From Clostridia bacterium (GTDB lineage: Bacteria; Bacillota; Clostridia; Oscillospirales; QAMX01), in the NCBI GenBank assembly GCA_017532825.1, contig JAFXIT010000056.1:6024-70023 (forward strand): a DNA stretch of 64,000 nucleotides, given 5' to 3'. The translations under genes and the position numbers were made by a program. Shown one piece after another: positions 45,177 to 55,033 of this stretch (within the stretch, counting starts at the first letter, position 1; each line of letters begins with the position of its first letter). The notes under the pieces were generated by a model. It was not told where the DNA came from, searched no databases, and was given only the letters and a program-made list of their open reading frames with translations.

Positions 45177-46955
45177 TTATCGCTGTGTGTCGGTCTGGGA
45201 GATGCGGTAGAGCTCGGCGTAGCGGCCGTCAAGCTCTATCAGATCGTCGTGTCTGCCGTGCTCGGTGAGTACACCGTGGTCAAGCACGAATATCTGGTCG
45301 CAGGAGGTTATGGTCGAGAGTCTGTGGGCGATGGTGATGGTGGTGTGATCCTCGGAGATGTTTGCCATTGCCACCGAGAGATCGTGCTCGGTCTCGGTGT
45401 CGATGGAGGCAGTCGCCTCGTCGAGTATGAGCACCGAGGGCTTGGCCGCAACGGCTCTTGCAAAGGCGATGAGCTGTCGCTGACCTGCCGAGAATTCCAT
45501 GCCTCGCTCGGCAACGTGCTGGTCAAGGCCGTCGGGAAGGCTCTTTATAAACCGCTCTGCACTGACTGTACGCACTGCCGCACGTATGTCCCTGTCGCTT
45601 ATGGACTCGTCGTTGAGGCGGATGTTGTACTTAAGATCGCCCGAGAAGAGGAAGACGTCCTGCTGTACTACCGATATGCAACGGCGGAGATCGTTTAGGT
45701 TGTACTCACGGATATCGACTCCGTCGATGAGTATCTGACCCTTTTGTATCTCATAGAAGCGTGCAAGCAGGGAGATTATCGTCGTCTTACCCGAGCCGGT
45801 GGAGCCTACGAAGGCCACCGACTGTCCCGGCTTTACCTCAAAGCTGAGGTCCTTGATGACCCAATTTTCATCGTTATAGGCAAACCAGACGTTCTTGAAC
45901 TCGATGTGTCCCGAAAAGCTCTTGAGGGGGAGACCCGCATCAAGGTCCTCGATGGTGTCGGTCTTGTCCATAATGTCGTAGATTCGGTCGGCCGATATAA
46001 GTGAGGACTGGATGGTGGTAAACTGGTCTGCAAGCTGGGCGATGGGGTTGAAGAACTGCTTGACGTACTGGGTAAATGCAAAGAGCACGCCTATTTCAAG
46101 GCCACCGAGGATGACGTCGGGGGCAAAGATCGAAATAATGATGGCAATGAAAAGATGCGCCAAGGCCGTCAGGAAGGGGTTAGTAAGGCTGTTGAGGATT
46201 ATCTCGGTCATGCCGAACTTGTAGTACTGCTTGCCTAAGGCGAAGAATTCATCGTTCTTTGGCTTTTCACGGCAGAATATCTGTACCATCTTCATACCGG
46301 TGATGTTTTCGGCAAGAAATCCGTTCATCTTTGAAAGCTGAGCCTTGAGCTTAATGAAGTTCTTTCTTGCGAGGGTGCGGTAAAACAGGGTGATACCCCC
46401 GACCAGGGGCAGACAGATAAAGCTGTAAAGAGCGAGTCTGACGTCAAGCAGGAGCATTGCGATCATAACGTTTATTATAAGGAGTATCTCCTTGATAAAC
46501 ATTATGACTATGGACGAAAAGAGCTGGCTTAACGACTCAACGTCGGAGTTGACACGTGTCAGCAGTGAGCCCGAGGAGTTGTGGTCGAAAAAGCTCATAT
46601 TCATCTTTTGGATGTGGGCAAAAAGCGAGGTACGCATGCGGTGCATTATGCGCTGACCGAGTGCCGAAAGGGTGAGGGTCTGGAGATACTCGCTTACCAC
46701 GCCGAAGGTCACTACGCCGAAATAGAGAAGGGCAAGCCTTCCTATTGAGGCCAGATCGTTTAAGCCGATCTCAAGGTTTTCGTCGATTATGAGCTTTAGG
46801 ATATAGGGCTTTGCGATCACTACGAGGTTGGTGCAGGTCGCAAGCAGGAGGGCGAAGGCGGTAAGTCCCTTGTGCGCCCCAAAGTTTTTGAGAAGCCGCA
46901 GGAGGGTGTGGCGTTTCTTGCCGCCTACGTATTCCGACATCTTCTGTGTGGACAT
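45177..46955 (-). CDS. ABC exporter, fused transmembrane and ATPase subunit (type I, multidrug/lipid-A-like)
   Basis: Six-transmembrane N-terminus, Walker A GSTGSGKTT, LSAGQRQ signature. 592 aa. Confidence 0.85.
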   Translation of the reverse strand: MSTQKMSEYVGGKKRHTLLRLLKNFGAHKGLTAFALLLATCTNLVVIAKPYILKLIIDENLEIGLNDLASIGRLALLYFGVVTFGVVSEYLQTLTLSALGQRIMHRMRTSLFAHIQKMNMSFFDHNSSGSLLTRVNSDVESLSQLFSSIVIMFIKEILLIINVMIAMLLLDVRLALYSFICLPLVGGITLFYRTLARKNFIKLKAQLSKMNGFLAENITGMKMVQIFCREKPKNDEFFALGKQYYKFGMTEIILNSLTNPFLTALAHLFIAIIISIFAPDVILGGLEIGVLFAFTQYVKQFFNPIAQLADQFTTIQSSLISADRIYDIMDKTDTIEDLDAGLPLKSFSGHIEFKNVWFAYNDENWVIKDLSFEVKPGQSVAFVGSTGSGKTTIISLLARFYEIQKGQILIDGVDIREYNLNDLRRCISVVQQDVFLFSGDLKYNIRLNDESISDRDIRAAVRTVSAERFIKSLPDGLDQHVAERGMEFSAGQRQLIAFARAVAAKPSVLILDEATASIDTETEHDLSVAMANISEDHTTITIAHRLSTITSCDQIFVLDHGVLTEHGRHDDLIELDGRYAELYRISQTDTQR

Positions 46956-48718
46956 CAGTTGTTACCCTCCTTTTCGGAATTTGCCTTGCTAAGGGCGATG
47001 AGACTGCGGTATGCCTCGCTGGTCTGGGACAGCTCGGCGTGTGTGCCGAGCGCCTCTGCACGCCCGTCCTCGCTTAAAAGAAGGATCCTGTCTGCAAGAC
47101 TGGCCGCCGCTATACGGTGGGTAACTATGATGGTTGTGCATCCGCGGATATGCTCCCTGAGACCTGCGATTATCTCGTGCTCGGTCTCTGCGTCGACCGC
47201 CGAAAGACAGTCGTCAAGCAGCAAAAGCCCCGGCTTGCGGGAGATCGCTCTGGCAATGGAGATGCGCTGCTTTTGTCCGCCCGAAAGGGTCATACCTCGC
47301 TCGCCGACGATGGTGTTATAGCCCTCTTGGAACTCGCTTATGCTCTCGTGAACTGCTGCTACCTTGGCTGCGGCAACGGCATCGTCGGGGGTGATGGCAT
47401 CGTCGTAGAATATAATGTTGTTCATTATAGTGTCGGAGAAGAGGAATGCCTCCTGGGGAACGTAGGATATCGAGCTTCGCAGGGTACGCAGGGGTATTTC
47501 GTCAATGGCGTGTCCGTTTACGGTTATACTGTCGTCGGGAGCCTCCCACATACGCATAAGAAGGCTCATTATGGTCGACTTTCCGCAGCCCGTCGGCCCC
47601 ATTACGGCAAGCACCTCGCCCGGACGCAGATCAAAGGAGATGTCTTTGAGCACCTCTGTGTCGGTACCGGGGTAGGAATAGGTCAGACCCTTTACCGAGA
47701 TGCCGACGTTTCCAAGCTCGGTTATCTCGGGCTTGGCTCTGCTGTCGTCAACGGTCGGGGTGGAGGAGAGGATAACGTCCATTCTCTGGATCGATACGAG
47801 ACCTCTCTGCCAGACCTGTACCAGATGGCTGATGCGGGATACGGGGTCGAGAAGGTAGACTATGTATGTGTTGAATGCTACGAATTCGCCAAGGGAGAGA
47901 CTGCCGTTTATGACGGCCTTGCCGCCAAAGTAGAGGAATAGGGAAAAAACCACGCCGAATACGAATGAGGAGGTGGGGTTTACGAAGGCCCATGCCTTTG
48001 TAAAGCCGATCTCTGCCTTCCATTTTTTCTTTGAAAGCTCCTCAAAACGCTTGTTTTCATCGCTTTCCTGGGAAAATGCCTTTATGACACGTATGCCGGT
48101 GATGTTTTCCTGCACCTTCGATGCAATATCGGATACCGAGGCCTGTACCTCGGCGTACTTTCGGCGCATTACCTTGCGTATCTTTACAAGGATAAAAAGT
48201 AGTATGGGTACGGGGATCACCGATATGGCGGTAAGTCCAAGGTTTGCGGTAGCGACCATATAGGAGATGGTGATGACTGCGTTTGATATGATCTCGATAA
48301 AGCCGACAAGACCGCCGCCAAAGAGCATTCTGACCGCCTGTACGTCGACGATGCCTCTGGTTATAAGGTCACCGGTGTTGTTTTTTACGTAGTAGTCCTG
48401 CGAAAGCTCCTGAAGCCTTGAAAAGATGGAGTGCCGCAGATGAAGCTCGATGCTTCTGGTAAAGCCGAAGATGAAATATCTCCAGATAAACTTCATAGCG
48501 AATGCGGCAAATGCACACAGCGCAATGGCAAGTGCGACCTTGCGTATGCCGGGGACCTCGCTGAGAGACCCTGCCTCCTCAAGCATATCGATGGCGTCGC
48601 CCAAAAGCTTCGGAATTGCGGTGCTGAATATGGATGCGATTATTACGCATACGACGCCGATAAGATAGCGATAGCCGTGTTTCTTAAAATAAGAAAAGAT
48701 TATGCTTTTGCAGTTCAA
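46955..48718 (-). CDS. ABC exporter, fused transmembrane and ATPase subunit (heterodimer partner)
   Basis: GPTGCGKST, LSGGQKQR. 587 aa, coupled to the downstream gene. Confidence 0.85.
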   Translation of the reverse strand: MNCKSIIFSYFKKHGYRYLIGVVCVIIASIFSTAIPKLLGDAIDMLEEAGSLSEVPGIRKVALAIALCAFAAFAMKFIWRYFIFGFTRSIELHLRHSIFSRLQELSQDYYVKNNTGDLITRGIVDVQAVRMLFGGGLVGFIEIISNAVITISYMVATANLGLTAISVIPVPILLFILVKIRKVMRRKYAEVQASVSDIASKVQENITGIRVIKAFSQESDENKRFEELSKKKWKAEIGFTKAWAFVNPTSSFVFGVVFSLFLYFGGKAVINGSLSLGEFVAFNTYIVYLLDPVSRISHLVQVWQRGLVSIQRMDVILSSTPTVDDSRAKPEITELGNVGISVKGLTYSYPGTDTEVLKDISFDLRPGEVLAVMGPTGCGKSTIMSLLMRMWEAPDDSITVNGHAIDEIPLRTLRSSISYVPQEAFLFSDTIMNNIIFYDDAITPDDAVAAAKVAAVHESISEFQEGYNTIVGERGMTLSGGQKQRISIARAISRKPGLLLLDDCLSAVDAETEHEIIAGLREHIRGCTTIIVTHRIAAASLADRILLLSEDGRAEALGTHAELSQTSEAYRSLIALSKANSEKEGNN

Positions 48719-48812
48719 CTTTTTTTATCCTCCGTATACAAGGCAATAATTCCCCAAAATAACCCACATATATTATACTGCTTTTTTACCTGTGAATCAA
48801 TAGAGGATGTCC

Positions 48813-48841
48813 TTTTTTGTTGACACTTCGGAAAATATGTA
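48813..48841 (+). promoter_or_regulatory. sigma-A promoter
   Basis: TTGACA, 17-nt spacer, TATACT. Confidence 0.5.
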
Positions 48842-48894
48842 ATATACTGTGTACTATACGTATTATAGTATTTTCGATCGGGGAGATAGGCTTT

Positions 48895-50154
48895 ATGATC
48901 GACGTTGGTGCAATAAACAGAGCGCTTGAAAACTGTCCCTGCGGCAGGCCGCACCGTATAGATTTCAGAGCGCTTGAGATATCACGGGGAAACACCGCCG
49001 ACAGCGGTCGGATACTTCGGGATGCTTCCTTTCCCAAAAGGCTTCACGCAGTATACGACGGTAATACCGTCCGTGCCGCCGCGGGTGTGCTTGATGCCAT
49101 CGCAGAGGCAGGCTTTATTATCAGCCATACCTCCTATGAAAACCTTACCGTCGCCGCAGCAGAGGAGGCTCAAAGGGTAAAAAGCGATCTGCTTGCAAAC
49201 GGTGCGGAGGGGATAGTGTCCATAGGTACGGGCTCCCTTAATGACATCTGCCGTTTGACCGCCGCAGAGCTTGGCATACCCTTTGCAATAATTGCGACCG
49301 CCCCTTCGATGGACGGCTTTGCCTCGGTCATGGCTCCCATAACCGTAAACGGCTTTAAGCGCACCCTCCCCGCAAAATGCCCCGAGGTAATTATCGCCGA
49401 TACCGAGGTACTTGCCGCTTCGCCCGACGAGCTCAAGGCTGCGGGACTTGGCGATCTGCTGGGAAAATATACCGCCCTTGCCGACTGGGAGATAGCAAGG
49501 ATCACTACGGGTGAGTACTACTGTGAAAGCATCGCATCCCTTACCCGTGACGCCGTTGACCGAGCGGTCTCGATAGCAAGGTACGGAAACAGCTCCGACC
49601 CCGAATACGGCAGTGCGATAATGGATGCATTGGTGCTTTCGGGTCTTGCAATGCTCCTTTCGGGCTGTACACGCCCTGCGTCGGGTGCCGAGCACCATCT
49701 CTCGCATTTTTGGGAAATGAAATACCTTATGCAGGGAAAAGAACCCCTCTACCACGGTAAAAAGGTCGGAATCGCTACGGGAATGGTAGCCGACGTTTAC
49801 GCAGAGCTTGCAAAGCTGAATTCCGTAAGGGAGCGCAGACGTGTCCTTGACGAGGCCGAGCTTGCGGGCGTTTTTGGCCCGATGTGGAAGGAAGCGCGTG
49901 CCGAGAACTTCCCAAATCCCCTCGAAAAGGTGCCCGACGGTGCCGTCGAGAAAAACTGGCAGGCCATACGTGCTGCCTATGCAAGCGTACCCTCGGGGGA
50001 TGACATACGTGCGCTGCTCCGTGCCGCAGGGGGAGAGGCCACCTGCGCCGAGGCAGGCATATCACCCGAGCTTGAAGCTGAGGGACTTAAATACGGAAAA
50101 TATGCACGCTTCCGCATAACCGGAATGCGTCTGACGGATATGATGAATATATGA
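48895..50154 (+). CDS. glycerol-1-phosphate dehydrogenase-like protein (AraM/EgsA family, DHQS-like fold)
   Basis: Iron-dependent alcohol-dehydrogenase / DHQS-like Gly motifs (GTGSLNDICR…). Start moved to ATG 48895, downstream of the promoter. Confidence 0.55.
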   Translation: MIDVGAINRALENCPCGRPHRIDFRALEISRGNTADSGRILRDASFPKRLHAVYDGNTVRAAAGVLDAIAEAGFIISHTSYENLTVAAAEEAQRVKSDLLANGAEGIVSIGTGSLNDICRLTAAELGIPFAIIATAPSMDGFASVMAPITVNGFKRTLPAKCPEVIIADTEVLAASPDELKAAGLGDLLGKYTALADWEIARITTGEYYCESIASLTRDAVDRAVSIARYGNSSDPEYGSAIMDALVLSGLAMLLSGCTRPASGAEHHLSHFWEMKYLMQGKEPLYHGKKVGIATGMVADVYAELAKLNSVRERRRVLDEAELAGVFGPMWKEARAENFPNPLEKVPDGAVEKNWQAIRAAYASVPSGDDIRALLRAAGGEATCAEAGISPELEAEGLKYGKYARFRITGMRLTDMMNI

Positions 50155-50942
50155 AGGATCTCAAAAAGATAAAAAACTTCCTTCTGGATATGGACGGAAC
50201 GATATACCTCGGCGATCGGCTTTTTGACGTTACCCCAAAGCTGCTTGACCGTATAGCCAAAAAGGGCGGCCGTGCGGTGTTTCTGACAAATAATTCCTCA
50301 AAAAGCGGAGAAAGCTATCTTCAAAAGCTAAAGGGCATGGGTCTTGAGGTCTCGCTTGATGACTTTTTTACCTCGGGTGATGCTACTGCCATAACCCTTA
50401 AGCAGAGGTATGCATCTCCCAGAGTATACCTCATCGGAACCCCCTCCCTTGAAAGGCAGTTTCTCGACTACGGTATAGAGCTTGTAAAAGACGAGAACGA
50501 TATACCCGACTGCGTGGTGCTCGGCTTTGATCTGACGCTGACCTACGAGAAGATACGCATCGGTTGTAAGATGATAGCCAAGGGTGCAAAATTTATAGCG
50601 ACCCATCCCGATAGGCTCTGTCCCGCACCCGGGATATCCATCCCCGACGTCGGGTCGATGATAAAAATGTTTACCGAGGCTACGGGCGTTGTCCCCGAGA
50701 TAATGGGCAAGCCCGAACAGACTATGGCGAGTGCGGTGTTTGAACGCTACGGCTTTGCACCCGACGAGACCGCCATGGTCGGCGACCGTCTCTCGACCGA
50801 CATAAGGTTTGCAAACAATTCGGGTATTACCGCCATCGCCGTCCTTACGGGGGAGACAACTTCTGAGGAGATAGCCGCATCGGTCGATGCAAGACCCGAC
50901 TTCGTCTTTGCCTCGGTCGGTGAACTGGCCGATGAAATATGA
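50151..50942 (+). CDS. HAD-IIA family phosphatase (AraL/NagD-like)
   Basis: LLDMDGTIY motif I. The HAD-IIA cap pattern is present. Coupled to the upstream gene. Confidence 0.7.
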   Translation: MKDLKKIKNFLLDMDGTIYLGDRLFDVTPKLLDRIAKKGGRAVFLTNNSSKSGESYLQKLKGMGLEVSLDDFFTSGDATAITLKQRYASPRVYLIGTPSLERQFLDYGIELVKDENDIPDCVVLGFDLTLTYEKIRIGCKMIAKGAKFIATHPDRLCPAPGISIPDVGSMIKMFTEATGVVPEIMGKPEQTMASAVFERYGFAPDETAMVGDRLSTDIRFANNSGITAIAVLTGETTSEEIAASVDARPDFVFASVGELADEI

Positions 50943-51094
50943 TATAAGAACGCTGAAAAACTGCGAAATAATTTAAAATAGCGAGTAAAACGGAGATATG
51001 GCAAGATATTTGACTCGCAGTCACGTGAATGCGAGTTGCAGTCTTGTGAATGCAATGTTATAATATGATCACGCTAAGGAAAGGAGGGCTGACG

Positions 51095-51625
51095 GTGACA
51101 GCACCGGGAACTCTTGTCTCCGGAGGAAATCCGCTTGAGAGCATACCAAGCGCAGTATGGCAGGGCGGAGGACTTACCCTGGGACAGGTAAAGGATCTTA
51201 CGGGATTGGATTCTCCTGCGATACAAAACTGGATAAAGCGAGGCTACGTAGCCCCTCCCGAAAACCGAAAGTATTCCAAGGATCGGGTAGCGCGTATACT
51301 TACGATAAATGCGCTGAGGGAGACGATGAAGCTTGAAACGGTGGCAAAGCTGATAAGCTACGTCAACGGCTCGCTTGTCGACAGCTCGGACGACCTGATC
51401 CCCGACAGTCAGCTCTACGATATGTTCTGCAGGGCGGTAGAGGTGTTCGACGGCGATCTCTACGTCGACCAAGCCGTACTTCGTCAGAGCATAGCCCAAG
51501 GCTGCAGCTGCTTGGGAGACACCCAAGCGGCGGAGCGTATAGCAAGGACGCTGATGCTTATGTGTACCTGCTACCGCTCCATAATGATAAAGCGCACCGT
51601 TGACGATATAATCGAGGCGCTTTGA
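51095..51625 (+). CDS. DUF1836-like protein (MerR-like HTH)
   Basis: …LTLGQVKDLTGLDSPAIQNWIKRGYV… HTH region. I start it at GTG 51095, after a strong RBS AAGGAGG. The track ATG at 51050 overlaps the promoter. Confidence 0.45.
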   Translation: MTAPGTLVSGGNPLESIPSAVWQGGGLTLGQVKDLTGLDSPAIQNWIKRGYVAPPENRKYSKDRVARILTINALRETMKLETVAKLISYVNGSLVDSSDDLIPDSQLYDMFCRAVEVFDGDLYVDQAVLRQSIAQGCSCLGDTQAAERIARTLMLMCTCYRSIMIKRTVDDIIEAL

Positions 51626-51641
51626 AAAAAGGAGGACGGAC

Positions 51642-52232
51642 ATGACAGAACTTTGGCAATCACTTTCCACTCTGCAACAGGTATTGGTAATTATTGCCGT
51701 ACCATCCACCCTTATCCTCGTACTCCAGCTTATACTTCTTTTGTGCGGGCTTGGTGACGAGGACGGAAGCTTTGACGGCCTTGACGGCGACCAGATCAAC
51801 GATTTTTCGGTTGCCGACATAGGCGGATTGAGGCTTTTTACCCTCAGGGGAGTGTTGTCCTTCCTTGCAATAGGAAGCTGGACGGCGTTGACCGTAAGCA
51901 CCTCCGCAAAGGCGGTGTGGATCCCCGTCGTATCGGGACTTGCCGCAGGTATTGCCGCAGACGTCCTTCTTGCGGTAATAATGCGCTCGGTCAGACGGCT
52001 CCAGCAGTCGGGCAACATTGAGATCGAAAATGCAATAGGTAAGCAGGGTGAGGTATACATACCCGTCCCTGCGGACAGGGCGGGCTTCGGCAAGGTCAAC
52101 GTCGTGCTTCAGGGCAGACTTGTCGAGCTTGACGCTGTGACGGACAGCGAAAGAATGTTAAAAACAGGTGAGGAGATCGTCGTGACCGACGTAGTCGGCA
52201 ATGCGGTGGTCGCCGAGCCGAAAAAAGATTAA
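51642..52232 (+). CDS. NfeD-family membrane protein (short, YuaF-like)
   Basis: N-terminal transmembrane helices and a C-terminal OB-fold beta domain. It lies immediately upstream of the flotillin gene. Confidence 0.7.
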   Translation: MTELWQSLSTLQQVLVIIAVPSTLILVLQLILLLCGLGDEDGSFDGLDGDQINDFSVADIGGLRLFTLRGVLSFLAIGSWTALTVSTSAKAVWIPVVSGLAAGIAADVLLAVIMRSVRRLQQSGNIEIENAIGKQGEVYIPVPADRAGFGKVNVVLQGRLVELDAVTDSERMLKTGEEIVVTDVVGNAVVAEPKKD

Positions 52233-52246
52233 AGGAGTTGTAAAAC

Positions 52247-53641
52247 ATGGCACCTTATGCAGTGGGCTTGATAGCAGTTATTGCAGTCTTGCTTTTTACC
52301 CTCGTGATCCTCATCATATCCCGCTTCCGCAAATGTCCTTCCGATAAGGTAATGGTCATCTACGGTAAGGTCGGAAGCAATCCCGACGGCACCAGCCGCT
52401 CGGCAAAGTGCATCCACGGCGGTGCGGCCTTCGTATGGCCGGTGTTTCAGGCATATCAGTACCTTGATCTGACGCCTATCTCCATAGGCGTAGACCTCCG
52501 CAACGCACTTTCCCGTCAGAACATCCGTATAGACGTTCCCTCCAGCTTTACCGTCGGTATCTCCACCGAGCAGGTAATAATGCAGAACGCCGCAGAGAGA
52601 CTGCTCGGTCTCAAGCTCAACGAGATCCAGGCTCTTGCAAAGGACATCATCCTCGGTCAGCTCCGTCTGGTCATTGCCACAATGGACATCGAGGAGATCA
52701 ACGCCGACCGTGACAAGTTCCTCCTTGCCGTATCGGGCAACGTCGAAAGCGAGCTTAAGAAGATCGGTCTGCGCCTTATCAACGTTAACGTAACCGACAT
52801 CAACGACGAGTCGGGCTACATCGTGGCTCTTGGCCGTGAGGCCGCCGCAAAGGCCATAAACGACGCCAAGCGCTCGGTCGCCGAGAAGGACCGTGACGGT
52901 GCCGTCGGCGAAGCCAACGCCAAGATGGACCAGCGTATAAAGGTCGCCGATGCCGATGCGACCGCCATTCAGGGTGAAAACCGTGCCAAGGCTGAGATAT
53001 CCCAGTCCAACGCCGACCGCCGTGAGATCGAAGCCGACGCCGACCGCCGTGCAACAGCGGCCGAAGAGATCGCCCAGGCCAAGGCACTGCAGGAAGCCTA
53101 CGTCGCCGAGCAGGAAGCCGAGATCGCCCGTGCCGCCAGAGAAAAGGCCTCTCTTGAAGCCGACGTTCTGGTACAGAGTGAGATCGACCGCCGCAAGGTC
53201 GAGATCGAAGCCGCCGCAGAGGCTGAAAAGATCAAGATCCGTGCCCAGGGTGAAGCCGAAGCCATCTACGCAAAGATGGAAGCCGAGGCCCGCGGTCTGG
53301 AGACCCAGCTTGTCAAGCAGGCAAACGGTCTTGCCGAGATAGTTCGCTCGGCAGGCGGAGACCCGAGTGCCGCCGTCAAGCTGATGATCGCCGACAAGCT
53401 CGAAGAGCTGGTCAGCATCCAGGTCGAGGCCGTCAAGAACCTCAAGTTCGACAAGATCACCGTCTGGGACGGCGGAAACAAGGACGGAAGCTCGGCTACG
53501 GCAAACTTTGCCTCCTCGCTTATGCGTTCGCTCCCTCCGCTCAACGACCTGTTCAATATGGCAGGCATGGAGCTTCCCTCTTTCCTTCAGGGAAAGTCGG
53601 AGACCGCTGCTGTGTCGGACGATGCCGAAGTAGCCCAATAA
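52247..53641 (+). CDS. flotillin-like SPFH-domain protein (FloT/YuaG-like)
   Basis: N-terminal membrane anchor, SPFH domain, long Ala/Glu-rich coiled-coil region. 464 aa. Confidence 0.8.
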   Translation: MAPYAVGLIAVIAVLLFTLVILIISRFRKCPSDKVMVIYGKVGSNPDGTSRSAKCIHGGAAFVWPVFQAYQYLDLTPISIGVDLRNALSRQNIRIDVPSSFTVGISTEQVIMQNAAERLLGLKLNEIQALAKDIILGQLRLVIATMDIEEINADRDKFLLAVSGNVESELKKIGLRLINVNVTDINDESGYIVALGREAAAKAINDAKRSVAEKDRDGAVGEANAKMDQRIKVADADATAIQGENRAKAEISQSNADRREIEADADRRATAAEEIAQAKALQEAYVAEQEAEIARAAREKASLEADVLVQSEIDRRKVEIEAAAEAEKIKIRAQGEAEAIYAKMEAEARGLETQLVKQANGLAEIVRSAGGDPSAAVKLMIADKLEELVSIQVEAVKNLKFDKITVWDGGNKDGSSATANFASSLMRSLPPLNDLFNMAGMELPSFLQGKSETAAVSDDAEVAQ

Positions 53642-53654
53642 CGGAATAAACCCA

Positions 53655-53708
53655 AGCCGGAAGCATATTATCTACGGGGTGGTAGATAGTGCTTCCGGCT
53701 TTTATTTC
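53655..53708 (+). terminator. long hairpin terminator after the flotillin gene
   Basis: agccggaagca…tgcttccggct 11-bp stem plus TTTTATTT. Confidence 0.5.
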
Positions 53709-54963
53709 TTATCTGAATTCAATAATATGGGGAATCCCGTCGATAGTTCTTTTCTGCGGAGGATTTATATATCTGACGGTCAAGACCCGATTTGTCCAGT
53801 TCAGACGCTTCGGGCGGTCCTATCGCCTTATCCTGCGGGATATCAAGGCAGGAAAAGTGGAGGGCGGAGTATCGCCGGTCTCGGCACTGATGGCAAGCCT
53901 TGCCGCAGTGATGGGACCGGGCAACCTCGTGGGGGTCTGCTCTGCAATACTGCTTGGCGGCAGCGGAGCGGTGTTTTGGATGTGCCTTTCGGCGGTGTTC
54001 GGAATGGCGGCAAGGTACGCAGAGAGCACCCTCTCGGCAATGCACAAAAAAGAGGGCAGAGGCGGACCGATGTACGTGATGAGAAATTTCGGCATGGTAC
54101 GTACAGCCGCAGTGTTCTCCGTTGCAGGTATATGCGTATCCCTTACCATGGCAAACGCACTGCCCTCGGGTGCACTGTCGTCGGCGCTTGAGGCAGAATG
54201 GTCGGTACCTCCTGCCGTGACCGGGATAGCACTGTCGGTGCTTGCCTTCGTGACGGTGTTTGGAGGACTTAAGCGGATAGTCTCGGCCTCGAACTTCCTT
54301 ATACCGGTCGTCAGCATCTTCTTTCTGGGAACGTCGCTTTTTATTATCCTTTCCCACCCAAGCCTTGCTCTTGACGCCGCCGCAGAGATATTTGCCGAGG
54401 CGTTTTCGTTCAAGGCGGGGATAGGCGGATTGCTCGGCGGTGCGGTGAGATACGGTATCTCCAAGGGGATATACTCAAACGAGGCAGGTATGGGTACCGA
54501 GCCGATATTGGCGTCGGCTACGAATGAGCCCGACCCCAAGGCGCAGGGGCTCATCTCGATGACGGGCCCCTTTCTCGATACGGTGGTGTTTTGCGGAATA
54601 ACGGGGCTTGTTATGGTGATGTCTGGGGTCTGCAGCGGAGACGCCGCATCGATGACAGCCAGAGGCTTTGCAACCTTTTTGCCGGGGTGCGGAGGCTTTG
54701 CGGTGACGGTAACGCTCCTGCTTTTGGTCTGCGCTACCGTCGTTTCCTGGTCATACTACGGTGAAAGCTGTCTTGCATACCTCTCTCCCTCGGGGAGATT
54801 TATACCGATATACCGCACGGTGTACTGCCTTTTGCCTATCGTCGGGGCAATGGCAGAGCTGTCACTCCTGCTTGAGATATCCGACCTTGCAATGGCGGCG
54901 ATGGCGATACCGAATATAATTGTGACTATGCGTCTTACCTCACGGATAAATATTTGTTGCTAA
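53689..54963 (+). CDS. alanine/glycine:cation symporter (AGCS) family transporter
   Basis: …LNSIIWGIPSIVLFCGGFIYLT… AGCS N-terminus. The start is uncertain (GTG 53689 lies inside the terminator hairpin). Confidence 0.75.
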   Translation: MLPAFISYLNSIIWGIPSIVLFCGGFIYLTVKTRFVQFRRFGRSYRLILRDIKAGKVEGGVSPVSALMASLAAVMGPGNLVGVCSAILLGGSGAVFWMCLSAVFGMAARYAESTLSAMHKKEGRGGPMYVMRNFGMVRTAAVFSVAGICVSLTMANALPSGALSSALEAEWSVPPAVTGIALSVLAFVTVFGGLKRIVSASNFLIPVVSIFFLGTSLFIILSHPSLALDAAAEIFAEAFSFKAGIGGLLGGAVRYGISKGIYSNEAGMGTEPILASATNEPDPKAQGLISMTGPFLDTVVFCGITGLVMVMSGVCSGDAASMTARGFATFLPGCGGFAVTVTLLLLVCATVVSWSYYGESCLAYLSPSGRFIPIYRTVYCLLPIVGAMAELSLLLEISDLAMAAMAIPNIIVTMRLTSRINICC

Positions 54964-55033
54964 TACACATTGACAAAGAAAACCGAATATTATACAATAA
55001 AGTATCTTTTGAACAAAGGCGGTATCCGTACAA

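Noticed and set aside
52800-53342. Arg/Pro-rich ORFs (52800-53087 minus, 52950-53342 plus) inside the flotillin gene.
   Set aside because: They are out-of-frame readings of the GC-rich Ala/Glu-repeat coding region.
53679-54191. 170-aa ORF overlapping the start of the AGCS transporter in another frame, and the 212-aa and 244-aa minus-strand ORFs there.
   Set aside because: The transporter frame has a clear AGCS family signature. The others are GC-driven overlapping ORFs.
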